From IMG/VR virus record IMGVR_UViG_3300050120_000152, positions 186,001 to 250,000 of that record: DNA of 64,000 bases, one strand, 5' to 3'. The notes beneath the pieces are model-generated. The model saw only the letters and a program-made list of their open reading frames with translations. It ran no database searches and was not told the DNA's origin. Within the stretch, counting starts at the first letter, position 1. Each line of letters opens with the position of its first letter. The position numbers and the translations under genes are program-made. Below, in pieces: positions 15,499 to 24,612 of the stretch.

Positions 15499-16662
15499 AT
15501 GGGCGATATCGTATACACCTACAATAGAGATGCGGGTGATTTGGCTCTTACATACATGAATTGTTATTATGACAATTTTGGATGTATGTATAATCATACC
15601 TATAGACGTTCAATCCAATTAGAAAGTAAAATTGCTTTCCAAAAACTTCAACCAGTCATGGAGTTTAATGATTATGGTATTACTTTTGAAAAAACAATTA
15701 CTTCTATTATTCGTGGATTAAATACTTTAGCCTATGAAGATGACGATGAAGATGGGTTTTCGGATGTAGATTTATCGACAGATTATCTAGATCATATCTA
15801 CATGTTCAATAATTCCGATAAAATTGGTATTTGTATCAATTATAATAATAACGGTCAGCACTATTTGGAAATGGCTGTCACCTATGTAGAAGAAAAAAGT
15901 AAAGAAGCCGCTATGCGCGCTTTCAATTATTTGGATGCCATGCTTTCAAAGTATACCAAAATCAAAAACACCAAAAAACGTGTAAATTTCATCTGCCAAT
16001 CGCCGTCCGGCCTATTTCTTCAAGAAATGGTACTCAAAACAAATATAAATTTCGACATCGAAAATCATTATAATGATGATTTTAAAGAAGTTTCTGATAA
16101 AATTCTCGCGTCTTTGGATAAAAACTCCAAAAAAGGTATTATTTTGCTACATGGCAAGCATGGTACTGGAAAAACGACTTATTTACGATATTTGATCAAT
16201 AATTTAGAAAAAAATATCATCTACGTGTCGCCGGATATGAGTTCTAGGGTGTCAGAACCTTCATTTTTGACTTTCTTATTGAAGCATAAGAATAGTATTC
16301 TTATCATTGAAGATGCTGAAAATGTCATTAAGACTCGTGAAGCTGGAGAAAATCAGGCGGTATCCAATTTATTGAATATTACTGATGGTATTTTGGGCGA
16401 TGGTCTTAATTTCCAGATTATTTGTACATTCAATACCAATTTCGATCAAATTGATCCAGCTTTGAAACGTAAAGGTCGAATGATTGCACAATATGAGTTC
16501 AAAAATTTGACTGTTGATAAAACTGCCAATTTAGTCAACCATTTATACGGCGAAGATGCTATTGTTCCCGATTCCGAAATGAGTTTAGCCGAAATTTTCA
16601 ATATGAATGAAGATAATTACGACAAAAAAGTAGTAAAACAAACATTTGGATTCAATAGATAA
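15499..16662 (+). CDS. AAA+ ATPase
   Basis: Walker A GKHGTGKT, Walker B ILIIEDAE, sensor TFN, ALKRKGR arginine finger. Confidence 0.9.
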   Translation: MGDIVYTYNRDAGDLALTYMNCYYDNFGCMYNHTYRRSIQLESKIAFQKLQPVMEFNDYGITFEKTITSIIRGLNTLAYEDDDEDGFSDVDLSTDYLDHIYMFNNSDKIGICINYNNNGQHYLEMAVTYVEEKSKEAAMRAFNYLDAMLSKYTKIKNTKKRVNFICQSPSGLFLQEMVLKTNINFDIENHYNDDFKEVSDKILASLDKNSKKGIILLHGKHGTGKTTYLRYLINNLEKNIIYVSPDMSSRVSEPSFLTFLLKHKNSILIIEDAENVIKTREAGENQAVSNLLNITDGILGDGLNFQIICTFNTNFDQIDPALKRKGRMIAQYEFKNLTVDKTANLVNHLYGEDAIVPDSEMSLAEIFNMNEDNYDKKVVKQTFGFNR

Positions 16663-16690
16663 TAAAAAGCCCCGAAAGGGGCTTTTTATT
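16661..16690. terminator. bidirectional intrinsic terminator
   Basis: aataaaaagcccc-gaaa-ggggctttttatt between convergent genes. Confidence 0.9.
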
Positions 16691-17151
16691 TACTGCTGTG
16701 GCTGATTAAATCGTTTAGGTTGTTGGCGATTAGGGTCAATGGGCTGTTGCTGACTTCTACCAAACTGTTGATTGGTTCGGTCGATTGGTCGCTGATCAAA
16801 CATTTGCTTACCCTTCAATGACTGTTCCATAGATTCCAAATCAGTTGTAATAGCTTTGGTCAATCTGCTTACCAAAGCGCGTAATTGATTCAAATTTCTG
16901 AATACCCGAGACTTCTGTTCAGGATCACCTAATTTATTAGCAATTTTTACTGCATTTTTAGCAGCTAAAAATCGTTTTCTGGCTTCTTCAAACATGAATC
17001 CAAGATCATTGCTATCAAAATCTAGCACACCTTCATTGATATTTTTCTTCATTTTACCTACTTCTTTATAATAATGTTTGTGCGCTGCTAAAATGATACT
17101 TTTGATATCATCTAATTCTGCCTCAACCATTAATTTTTGTAATGTTTCCAT
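16690..17151 (-). CDS. putative head/scaffold-associated protein
   Basis: LMVE/INE motifs, coiled-coil, Gln-rich tail; late operon context. Confidence 0.5.
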   Translation of the reverse strand: METLQKLMVEAELDDIKSIILAAHKHYYKEVGKMKKNINEGVLDFDSNDLGFMFEEARKRFLAAKNAVKIANKLGDPEQKSRVFRNLNQLRALVSRLTKAITTDLESMEQSLKGKQMFDQRPIDRTNQQFGRSQQQPIDPNRQQPKRFNQPQQ

Positions 17152-17163
17152 GCATGCTGTTCC

Positions 17164-17532
17164 TTAAAAGAATTTAAATTTACGTTCGTCGTCTTCGTCA
17201 TCTAGGTTGAATTCACCTTCTTCAGGTTCTTCTTCATTCTCATCCCCTTCTTCAGGTTCTAAAACTTCGATATTTGGATCACCATCTATCCCCTCTTTAC
17301 CTTCACCATCTTCATGGTCATGGCAAGGGCATTGACATGTCTCAGGATCATGAGCATCATGAGCATCATGATCTTCGTCTCCCGTGGTACCTTTTCCATC
17401 TACTGAAAATTGTACTTCATCTTGACTTTCATCTTCATCTTCTGTACCATCACCTGTTGTGATTTGATCTTCATCTGGTGTTGGTGTGCTAAAAATAGCA
17501 AATTCGTTTATTAGCTCTTTAAGAACTGACAT
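17164..17532 (-). CDS. very acidic protein, possibly prohead core/scaffold
   Basis: D/E-rich; start MSVLKELINE after GGAG; TATAAATA upstream. Confidence 0.6.
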   Translation of the reverse strand: MSVLKELINEFAIFSTPTPDEDQITTGDGTEDEDESQDEVQFSVDGKGTTGDEDHDAHDAHDPETCQCPCHDHEDGEGKEGIDGDPNIEVLEPEEGDENEEEPEEGEFNLDDEDDERKFKFF

Positions 17533-17556
17533 TATCTGATTCTCCAAATCTTACAC

Positions 17557-17564
17557 TATTTATA
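17557..17564 (-). promoter_or_regulatory. T4-like late promoter
   Basis: TATAAATA on the minus strand. Confidence 0.65.
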
Positions 17565-17588
17565 TTCAATTAAAAGGAAAGATACAAA

Positions 17589-18077
17589 ATGCGATTATAT
17601 TCATTTGTAAACGGCAATTATCTTAGTGGCGGTCAACATGGTCTTCAAACTGGTCATGCAGCCGTTCATATAGCACGTATGGCTCATAATAAAATGGCTG
17701 TTGAATGGGCTGATAAACATGAAACCTTCATCATATTGAATGCTCATAACTATGCAGGCTTATTACGCATAACTAATGAGTTATCCGATTTAATTACCAT
17801 GTACAATGCATTGCTCCGGGATAAATCATTGTCTCTACCATACACTACCTTTTTTGAAGATTTTGATTCATTAGGTGGTATACAGACATGTTTCGCATGT
17901 GTGTTGCCGGAAGAATTTTATACCGAAATTCCATTGTTAAACCGTGATGAAGCTAAACAACTTGTAGAAGAATATTGGAATGGTGTAAATAATTTTCACT
18001 GTATGTCTCACACGACACAAAAGTATCGTGACTTGATTATCAACACCATAAAAGCGTACAATCTAGTTCAACTCTAA
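17589..18077 (+). CDS. peptidyl-tRNA hydrolase 2-like phage protein
   Basis: YLSGGQHGLQTGHAA, WADKHETFIILN, FFED.DSLGG..TCFAC follow the PTH2-like pattern. Confidence 0.5.
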   Translation: MRLYSFVNGNYLSGGQHGLQTGHAAVHIARMAHNKMAVEWADKHETFIILNAHNYAGLLRITNELSDLITMYNALLRDKSLSLPYTTFFEDFDSLGGIQTCFACVLPEEFYTEIPLLNRDEAKQLVEEYWNGVNNFHCMSHTTQKYRDLIINTIKAYNLVQL

Positions 18078-18086
18078 GAGATTATA

Positions 18087-19118
18087 ATGATAATTGAACA
18101 AGATATTAAATTAGATTTTAATGATGTAATGTTTGTACCAAAGAAAAGTAGAGCTACATCTAGGCAAGATATCAATCTGGTGACAAAATATTTAACATTA
18201 CATTCCAATCAACGTATGGAAGGTATTCCGATTATATCCGCTAATATGAGTTCAGTATCTACCTTTGCTATGGCAAAAGCTTTAGCCAATCGAAATATGT
18301 ATTGTGCATTACACAAACATTATTCTATAGAGGATTTGGTATGGTTTTTTAATAGTATAAGTAATATGCCGCATTCTGAAACGCATATATTTTATACTTT
18401 AGGTATTAATGATTTAGCCAATTTTGATATATTTTTAGAATCGTGTTCTATCCCAAAATTATTATGTCTCGATGTAGCCAATGGTTACATGAATGTATTT
18501 CATGATTTCATTAAACTTATAAGAGAGCGTTGTCCTGATAGCATTATCATGGCTGGTAATGTGGTCACTCCAGAAGGCTGTGAAGATATTATAAACGCTG
18601 GTGCCGATATTGTGAAGGTTGGCATAGGTAGTTCTGCTGTATGCCGTACACGTACCGTGGCAGGCGTAGGGTATCCACAATTTTCTGCCATTATGGAATG
18701 TTCCCAAGCAGTACAGGAATTAGGTGCTTTAATGTGTTCAGATGGTGGCTGTAATGTACCCGGTGATTTTGGCAAAGCTTATGGTGCGGGTGCGAACTTC
18801 GTCATGTCTGGAACTATGTTTGCTGGACATGATGAATGTGGTGGAACTATTATAAATGGTAATAAGATGGAATTCTACGGAATGTCATCTGAAACAGCTA
18901 TGAATAAACATCATGGTGGAATGCCATCATATAAAGCATCAGAAGGTATTGTAACTTTAGTAGATTATAAGGGATCAGTCAATAAGACGGTTGATACTAT
19001 CCTTGGTGGAATCGTAAGTGCTGGCTCTTATATTGATGCGTTAGAATTATCAGAGTTTCACGGAAAGGCCCATTTTATACAGGCCAATCGTCTTTACAAC
19101 AATATTTTCGGAGCATAA
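18087..19118 (+). CDS. guaC: GMP reductase
   Basis: KLDFNDVMFVPK, GADIVKVGIG..AVC.TR...GVGYPQ.SA, SDGGC..PGD, ASEG; 343 aa with no CBS domains. Confidence 0.85.
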   Translation: MIIEQDIKLDFNDVMFVPKKSRATSRQDINLVTKYLTLHSNQRMEGIPIISANMSSVSTFAMAKALANRNMYCALHKHYSIEDLVWFFNSISNMPHSETHIFYTLGINDLANFDIFLESCSIPKLLCLDVANGYMNVFHDFIKLIRERCPDSIIMAGNVVTPEGCEDIINAGADIVKVGIGSSAVCRTRTVAGVGYPQFSAIMECSQAVQELGALMCSDGGCNVPGDFGKAYGAGANFVMSGTMFAGHDECGGTIINGNKMEFYGMSSETAMNKHHGGMPSYKASEGIVTLVDYKGSVNKTVDTILGGIVSAGSYIDALELSEFHGKAHFIQANRLYNNIFGA

Positions 19119-19124
19119 CAATAG

Positions 19125-19814
19125 ATGGGAAGCAAGAAAATATCTATAATATGCGAGCAATGTAATTTGTTATTTGAAAGAAGAAATGATGCTCTTAAAA
19201 AATCAAAAGCAAAATATGGCAAAAATTTATGTATTAAATGTTCATTTAAAATAGTATTATCGTTACGGCCATCTCCAAGGATTTATTGGACAACTGAAAA
19301 GCGTGAGGCCATGAGTAAATCGGTTAAATCTAATCCGGTTTATTATGAATCTATAAAATTAAGAAAATCAATTGTTGGTGCTTTAAATCCGATGTATGGA
19401 ATTCATCATTCATCACAAACTAAAGCCAAAATGTCAACAGTTAGACGAGGTAGATTTGGGAAGAATGCAAATGGTTGGAAGGGTGGCAAAATGTCGCTTA
19501 ATCGAAGAGTTAAAAGTTATATTCAAAAGAATTATAAATGGTTTTCTAAAATTTTTGAGCGAGATAAAGTATGTCAAAAATGTGAGTCTAACAGCAAACT
19601 TGATGCTCATCATATAGAACCAATTAGTAATATTATAAAAAGAATAACTTTGGATAAAATATTCTTGACAGAAGATGAGAAATTTATATTCATTGTCAAT
19701 AATCCAGAAATCGCAGATTTACAATTAAATAATGGAGTGTGTTTATGCAGAACATGTCACAAAAAAGCGCATATAAAATGGGGGAGCCATTATGCGAACA
19801 GTAATAATAAATAA
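19125..19814 (+). CDS. HNH homing endonuclease
   Basis: CQKC...LDAHHI...NGVCLCRTCH; NUMOD3-like NPMYGIHHS..TKAKMS. Confidence 0.85.
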   Translation: MGSKKISIICEQCNLLFERRNDALKKSKAKYGKNLCIKCSFKIVLSLRPSPRIYWTTEKREAMSKSVKSNPVYYESIKLRKSIVGALNPMYGIHHSSQTKAKMSTVRRGRFGKNANGWKGGKMSLNRRVKSYIQKNYKWFSKIFERDKVCQKCESNSKLDAHHIEPISNIIKRITLDKIFLTEDEKFIFIVNNPEIADLQLNNGVCLCRTCHKKAHIKWGSHYANSNNK

Positions 19815-20514
19815 TAATTCGCCAAGCTTAACTACTCGCATGCAAGGATATGAGCAAGCATATTCCACAACATTTACCAAGAGAATGCCAATTATCGTCC
19901 GTTTAGATGGAAAAGGCTTCAGCAAATTTACAAATCAGTATTTTAATAAACCATTTGATGATAAATTCAGTCTTGCTATGCAAGAAACAGTAAAATATTT
20001 GATGCAAGAGATTCAAGGATGTGTATTTGCATTCTCACAATCTGATGAAATTTCATTATTCTTACGAGATTATGATTCGCTAAATACAGAGTCATGGTTT
20101 GGATCAAATCTTCAGAAAATTGTAAGCGTGACGGCAAGTATGGCTACAGCAAAATTTAATCATGTTGCTGGTACTTATGGCGATTTACCGTTAGTGCAAT
20201 TCGATTCTAGAGCTTTTATTTTGCCGAAAGAAGAAGTTGTTAATTATTTTATCTATAGACAGCATGATGGTGTGAGAAATAGTATTCAGATGTTAGCTCA
20301 ATCTGTGCTTGGTCACAAAGAATGTCAAGGCAAAAACAACAATATTCTAAAAGAAATGCTGGAAACTTCAGATAATAACTGGTATGATATTGATACCGTG
20401 TTTAGACATGGATTTTCCATGACAAAAGGTGGTAATGGTATTGATACCAATCTATCATTATTCAAAGATGATAGAAGTTATATCGAAGACTTAGTTTACA
20501 TTAAATCAGAATAA
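19792..20514 (+). CDS. tRNA(His) guanylyltransferase Thg1-like protein
   Basis: IVRLDGKGFSKF, KPFD, QSDEISL, FDSRAF, RQHDGVRNS. Confidence 0.9.
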   Translation: MRTVIINNNSPSLTTRMQGYEQAYSTTFTKRMPIIVRLDGKGFSKFTNQYFNKPFDDKFSLAMQETVKYLMQEIQGCVFAFSQSDEISLFLRDYDSLNTESWFGSNLQKIVSVTASMATAKFNHVAGTYGDLPLVQFDSRAFILPKEEVVNYFIYRQHDGVRNSIQMLAQSVLGHKECQGKNNNILKEMLETSDNNWYDIDTVFRHGFSMTKGGNGIDTNLSLFKDDRSYIEDLVYIKSE

Positions 20515-20523
20515 GGAAAATTA

Positions 20524-20880
20524 ATGAGTGACGTAAAAGGTTTATTGTTCGCCAATGGCGTTCAGGCATTAGCAATTGTTAGAAAAGAAGATGACCATTT
20601 CTTATGGGTTGAGAATATGTTAGCATTACAGATGAAAGTTGATGATGAAGAAGGAGAAGCAGCGATGAAAGAACGTCGTGATCCTGTTCCAAAATTATAT
20701 TTTGAACATTTCACCCCGTTTGCTGAATTAGCTAAGACCGGATTAGATACAAAAATTCCGCAATCAGCTATCATGTTCACCTTTCTACCAGAAGCAAGAA
20801 TTTTGGCTGGTTATAAGAATAGAACTAGCTTAGTAGCTCATAGAGATGACACAGCACCAAGCATTATTGTTAGATCATAA
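20524..20880 (+). CDS. hypothetical protein (possible Sm-like fold)
   Basis: AGGA RBS; pattern resembles small beta-barrel proteins of T4-like phages (weak). Confidence 0.6.
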   Translation: MSDVKGLLFANGVQALAIVRKEDDHFLWVENMLALQMKVDDEEGEAAMKERRDPVPKLYFEHFTPFAELAKTGLDTKIPQSAIMFTFLPEARILAGYKNRTSLVAHRDDTAPSIIVRS

Positions 20881-20885
20881 CAATA

Positions 20886-21194
20886 ATGCATTTCACCAGT
20901 ATAGCATACAAATTTAATCATAAAATATATATTGGTCAAATAGAAAGCGGCTTGAAGAGCATAGAATCCTTCAAGCCGCTTTCTAGGGTGATGGGTGATG
21001 GATTTTTAGAGAATATATTATATGTTGTCATGATAGCTGATACTACGGCTTCTACCGGGTTATATGAACTTGATAAAATCCCTTTTGTTACTCTGGCAAG
21101 CCATATAGAGTTCAATAATGTACCCGATGACGAAAAACTAATGATATGTAATACGGTATTAAAGCAATACACCAATACTCTCGTATTACATTAA
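20886..21194 (+). CDS. hypothetical protein
   Basis: In operon; no motif recognised. Confidence 0.65.
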   Translation: MHFTSIAYKFNHKIYIGQIESGLKSIESFKPLSRVMGDGFLENILYVVMIADTTASTGLYELDKIPFVTLASHIEFNNVPDDEKLMICNTVLKQYTNTLVLH

Positions 21195-21527
21195 TTACAG
21201 ATAGGTTGGCCCACTGTTGGAGTTACCTGAATTTAACATTTCGAAGAATTGTCTTTCTGCATTATCCAAATCAAAAGTAATTCTATTAATATTCCAATCT
21301 TTTGGATGGATATTATACATAAGAATGGTCTGCGCATTCTTCTGTTCTAGCCAATAGGCTACATTACCTAGAATTCTAGGACGCTCTTTCCCAAAATGTA
21401 TACCAGTTTTTATGGTATAGTGATAAAGAAATTCAGCAATTTTGGTTGTCATGCCATTAAACGATGCCATGCTGCTAACCATTTCTTTTTCTAATTCTTT
21501 ATCTTTTATCTTTTTAGTCTCATCCAT
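21195..21527 (-). CDS. hypothetical protein
   Basis: Coupled to 21520..21813. Confidence 0.65.
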   Translation of the reverse strand: MDETKKIKDKELEKEMVSSMASFNGMTTKIAEFLYHYTIKTGIHFGKERPRILGNVAYWLEQKNAQTILMYNIHPKDWNINRITFDLDNAERQFFEMLNSGNSNSGPTYL

Positions 21528-21813
21528 ACATATCTTCTAATTCTATATCGTATTTATTCATTAAATATGGAAGTTGTGCTGTGAGTTGATGATATAATTC
21601 TAAGAATTCTATAGATTTACTACAATGGGTTTCGGCGTAATCTAAAAATAACTCATGAAAACATAATGATTTAAATCGTGGGAATTTAAACAGTAAATCC
21701 AGATGTTGTGAGCCATAATTGAGGATAACTACATCAACGACTGCATCCGCTATCACATATGTAGATATGTTCCAAAAATTAACATGATCTAGCTCAAAGC
21801 TATTTAATTTCAC
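21520..21813 (-). CDS. hypothetical protein
   Basis: AAGGA RBS, GTG start. Confidence 0.6.
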   Translation of the reverse strand: MKLNSFELDHVNFWNISTYVIADAVVDVVILNYGSQHLDLLFKFPRFKSLCFHELFLDYAETHCSKSIEFLELYHQLTAQLPYLMNKYDIELEDMYG

Positions 21814-21877
21814 ATAAATTCCTTGTGTTAAAATTATTTATGATTTATTGGTATTAAAACTTAGGTTTTAAATTATC

Positions 21878-21885
21878 TATAAATA
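21878..21885 (+). promoter_or_regulatory. T4-like late promoter
   Basis: TATAAATA 12 nt before the ATG at 21897. Confidence 0.65.
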
Positions 21886-21896
21886 ATGATACAGTT

Positions 21897-22520
21897 ATGG
21901 CAACTAATATGGGCTTATTTGAAGAAATCATTATACTAGAAAACCAAAAAGCCTCTTCTAAAGAGCTTGAATATACCGTATCATTAATTAATAAAACTTA
22001 TAATGAATGGCGTAAAATCAGACGCAGAATAAACGCGGTCGATATTATAACTACTACGGTAAATCGTATTATCAAATTGAATCCAGATTCGGTACAATTT
22101 CTTAATGATGAGATGAAAATGAAAATGGCAATCATCATGATGCGTTGCATGGATAATCCCTTTTGGAAATCTGTCAGCGTCAAAGAAAAAATTTACGATA
22201 AGCTATTTCCATTAATCAAATCATTAGAAAATTATCCATTAAATACGGGAACCAATGGAACCTTGAAACAAGTCATATTAACACGTTTAAGCGCCAACAT
22301 AGCCATGCAAGATAAAGCCAATGGCGGCAAAATAATGGTCTGCTACGAGCCTTCCATGCCTAAAACATACTCTAGATATCTATTCGGAGAGCATGCTCCA
22401 GATAAAATTTATAAAATGCAATCATTGTCTATGCCGAATGATTTCAATACATTAGTAGATATTCTAAGAATAGACCTAGAAAAAGCGACAAAGAAGTTTA
22501 ATCAAGCTGTAACCAAATAA
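21897..22520 (+). CDS. late hypothetical protein (possibly virion-packaged)
   Basis: Late promoter; LFE/ILE motifs near the N-terminus. Confidence 0.7.
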   Translation: MATNMGLFEEIIILENQKASSKELEYTVSLINKTYNEWRKIRRRINAVDIITTTVNRIIKLNPDSVQFLNDEMKMKMAIIMMRCMDNPFWKSVSVKEKIYDKLFPLIKSLENYPLNTGTNGTLKQVILTRLSANIAMQDKANGGKIMVCYEPSMPKTYSRYLFGEHAPDKIYKMQSLSMPNDFNTLVDILRIDLEKATKKFNQAVTK

Positions 22521-22528
22521 ATAATACA

Positions 22529-23275
22529 ATGAATTCAGGAAATATCATGGACACAAATATCAAACATGGCTTAGGCCATATAGCATTAGAAGACCCTAGA
22601 GATAAGTTATACCCGTTAGCTGCTATACTTCCACCCGTACCTTTCATTACACAGAAAATGTGGTGGGATAATGGTTGGTGGGGTGATCAGGGTAATACTT
22701 CAATGTGTACTGTTTATTCGTGGTCACATTGGTTAGAAGATGGCCCAATGATTCAAGATAGTCTACCAACTAATCAAGAAAAGCCGTTATATGATGTAAC
22801 CCAGCTTTATCATAAGGCTCAATTAAACGATGGTATTCCGGGCAGCTCCTACAACGGATCAACCGTGCGTGCCGTCGCCAAAATTCTTAAAGGCTTGGGC
22901 ATTTTGAAAGAATATCTGTGGGCAGCATCTATTGAAGATATTGCGACATGCTTATTGACACTGGGGCCAGTTGTTGTAGGTACACCTTGGATGACGGATA
23001 TGTTCAAACCTGATCCTGATACCTTTATTGTACATGCTACAGGTGGCTTAGCTGGTGGTCATGCTTATTTACTTAATGGCGTAGATTACGAAAAGAAATT
23101 ATTCAGAATCAAAAACTCGTGGGGTAGATCATGGGCAGATCAAGGCCATGCTTACATCTCTTTTGATGATTTTGCAAAATTATTCGCTAATGGCGGGCAA
23201 GCTTGCATGGCAATCGCCAATAAGCTTACTTCAGTTCCACCATTAACGAGTTTTCCAGATTCTGATATATCTTAA
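22529..23275 (+). CDS. papain-like (C1A) cysteine peptidase
   Basis: QGNTSMC (catalytic Q/C), GGHA (H), KNSWG..W...G (N). Confidence 0.9.
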   Translation: MNSGNIMDTNIKHGLGHIALEDPRDKLYPLAAILPPVPFITQKMWWDNGWWGDQGNTSMCTVYSWSHWLEDGPMIQDSLPTNQEKPLYDVTQLYHKAQLNDGIPGSSYNGSTVRAVAKILKGLGILKEYLWAASIEDIATCLLTLGPVVVGTPWMTDMFKPDPDTFIVHATGGLAGGHAYLLNGVDYEKKLFRIKNSWGRSWADQGHAYISFDDFAKLFANGGQACMAIANKLTSVPPLTSFPDSDIS

Positions 23276-23304
23276 AAATAAAGCCCCGAAAGGGGCTTTA
23301 TTTT
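23275..23304. terminator. bidirectional intrinsic terminator
   Basis: aaaataaagcccc-gaaa-ggggctttatttt. Confidence 0.9.
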
Positions 23305-24611
23305 ATTGTTTTATATAATTTATTCAAATCAATACCGTACTCGATTTCTGGTGTTGTTGCTTTGCAATAGGTAAGACGGTCATTTAAATCGAGATATCTA
23401 TCTGACAGCTTATCTATTTCATCAGTTGTAAGATGGTAAAAATTCATATTTAAAAGTGAATTAATATGATCTGGTCTAAATTTTGACTTTATCAAATCCT
23501 CAATCAATATTTTTTTAGATTTCTGTTTGAATATGATCTTATTAGCTAATATCATTTCGATAAATGTTATCTTGGATTTTAGTAATGCCATATCATGCAT
23601 CAAATCAATAATTTCTTTCTCTATCCTCTTTTTTACATAAGTTATACGAAAATCGCAAAAGTCTTTGATAAGTTCAATGGGAGTGCTATATTCTTTAAGC
23701 TTTCCATCATGATTAATTACAGAAAGATTTTCCATGACACTTTTACGTAATTTGAATACTTTTTCAATATCTCCAGCAAAGTTACGAGGCAACGTTACAC
23801 CAAATTGAAATCCATGCATGCCACATTCATCGGAATAATTAGCAATAACTCCATTTTCTTCCAAAGCATCCAACACTTCAATATAGGATTCTCTATCATA
23901 TTGATAGGGTATTTCCGTAATAGTCAATTTGGTTTTGGATTTTAGTTCATAAGTACCAACTAAATCCCAACCGCCTTTGATATTAGGTTCGATCTTCCCA
24001 GTAAACTGAGGATATTTTGGTACAAGCTTTCGACTATCTATATTCTTACCGCTTAAATGATCCATGATGAGCTTCGTAACATCCTTGGCATCGTAGGGTA
24101 GGATGTTAGTAGCAAAGCCCGTAGCAACGCCGCTTACACCGTTTAATAATACATATGGGATGAGGGGAAGATAGTATCTTGGGGTCTTGATATCCTCATC
24201 TTCATTTGGTGGCGCTAAATCAGTATCTGTGAAAAAATCAAAGAAATTTTTACTTACTGTAGCATAAATGTAACGAGCGGCAGCGGCTTTTTGTATAAGT
24301 CTGCTACCAAAATTGCCATCACCTTCTAATAAAGGATTGTTATTTTGCCATGTGGAACTCATGGCAGTTGCAGCATTTTCTACCGAAACTTCACCGTGAT
24401 GATATCCATAGGATGATACATTACCGGCAATTTCAGCAACCTTTATGAATTTGTCCTTTGCATTTTTTAATGCAGAGTATAATATGAATCGTTGGCTTGG
24501 CTTCAAACCATCCACAATTGAGGGGATGGCACGATCTTCCAAGGTATACAATGCATATTCTCGCCAATATTGCTTTGCGATTTGAGATAACGTAATATTT
24601 TTATTTTTCAT
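23298..24611 (-). CDS. type IIA DNA topoisomerase medium subunit (T4 gp52-like)
   Basis: DGLKPSQR, YHHGE, GNFGSR, AAARY catalytic Tyr, LLNG.SG.ATG. Confidence 0.95.
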   Translation of the reverse strand: MKNKNITLSQIAKQYWREYALYTLEDRAIPSIVDGLKPSQRFILYSALKNAKDKFIKVAEIAGNVSSYGYHHGEVSVENAATAMSSTWQNNNPLLEGDGNFGSRLIQKAAAARYIYATVSKNFFDFFTDTDLAPPNEDEDIKTPRYYLPLIPYVLLNGVSGVATGFATNILPYDAKDVTKLIMDHLSGKNIDSRKLVPKYPQFTGKIEPNIKGGWDLVGTYELKSKTKLTITEIPYQYDRESYIEVLDALEENGVIANYSDECGMHGFQFGVTLPRNFAGDIEKVFKLRKSVMENLSVINHDGKLKEYSTPIELIKDFCDFRITYVKKRIEKEIIDLMHDMALLKSKITFIEMILANKIIFKQKSKKILIEDLIKSKFRPDHINSLLNMNFYHLTTDEIDKLSDRYLDLNDRLTYCKATTPEIEYGIDLNKLYKTIK

Positions 24612-24612
24612 C

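Noticed and set aside
17274-17462. His-rich + strand ORF
   Set aside because: It is the antisense shadow of the D/E-rich gene 17164..17532.
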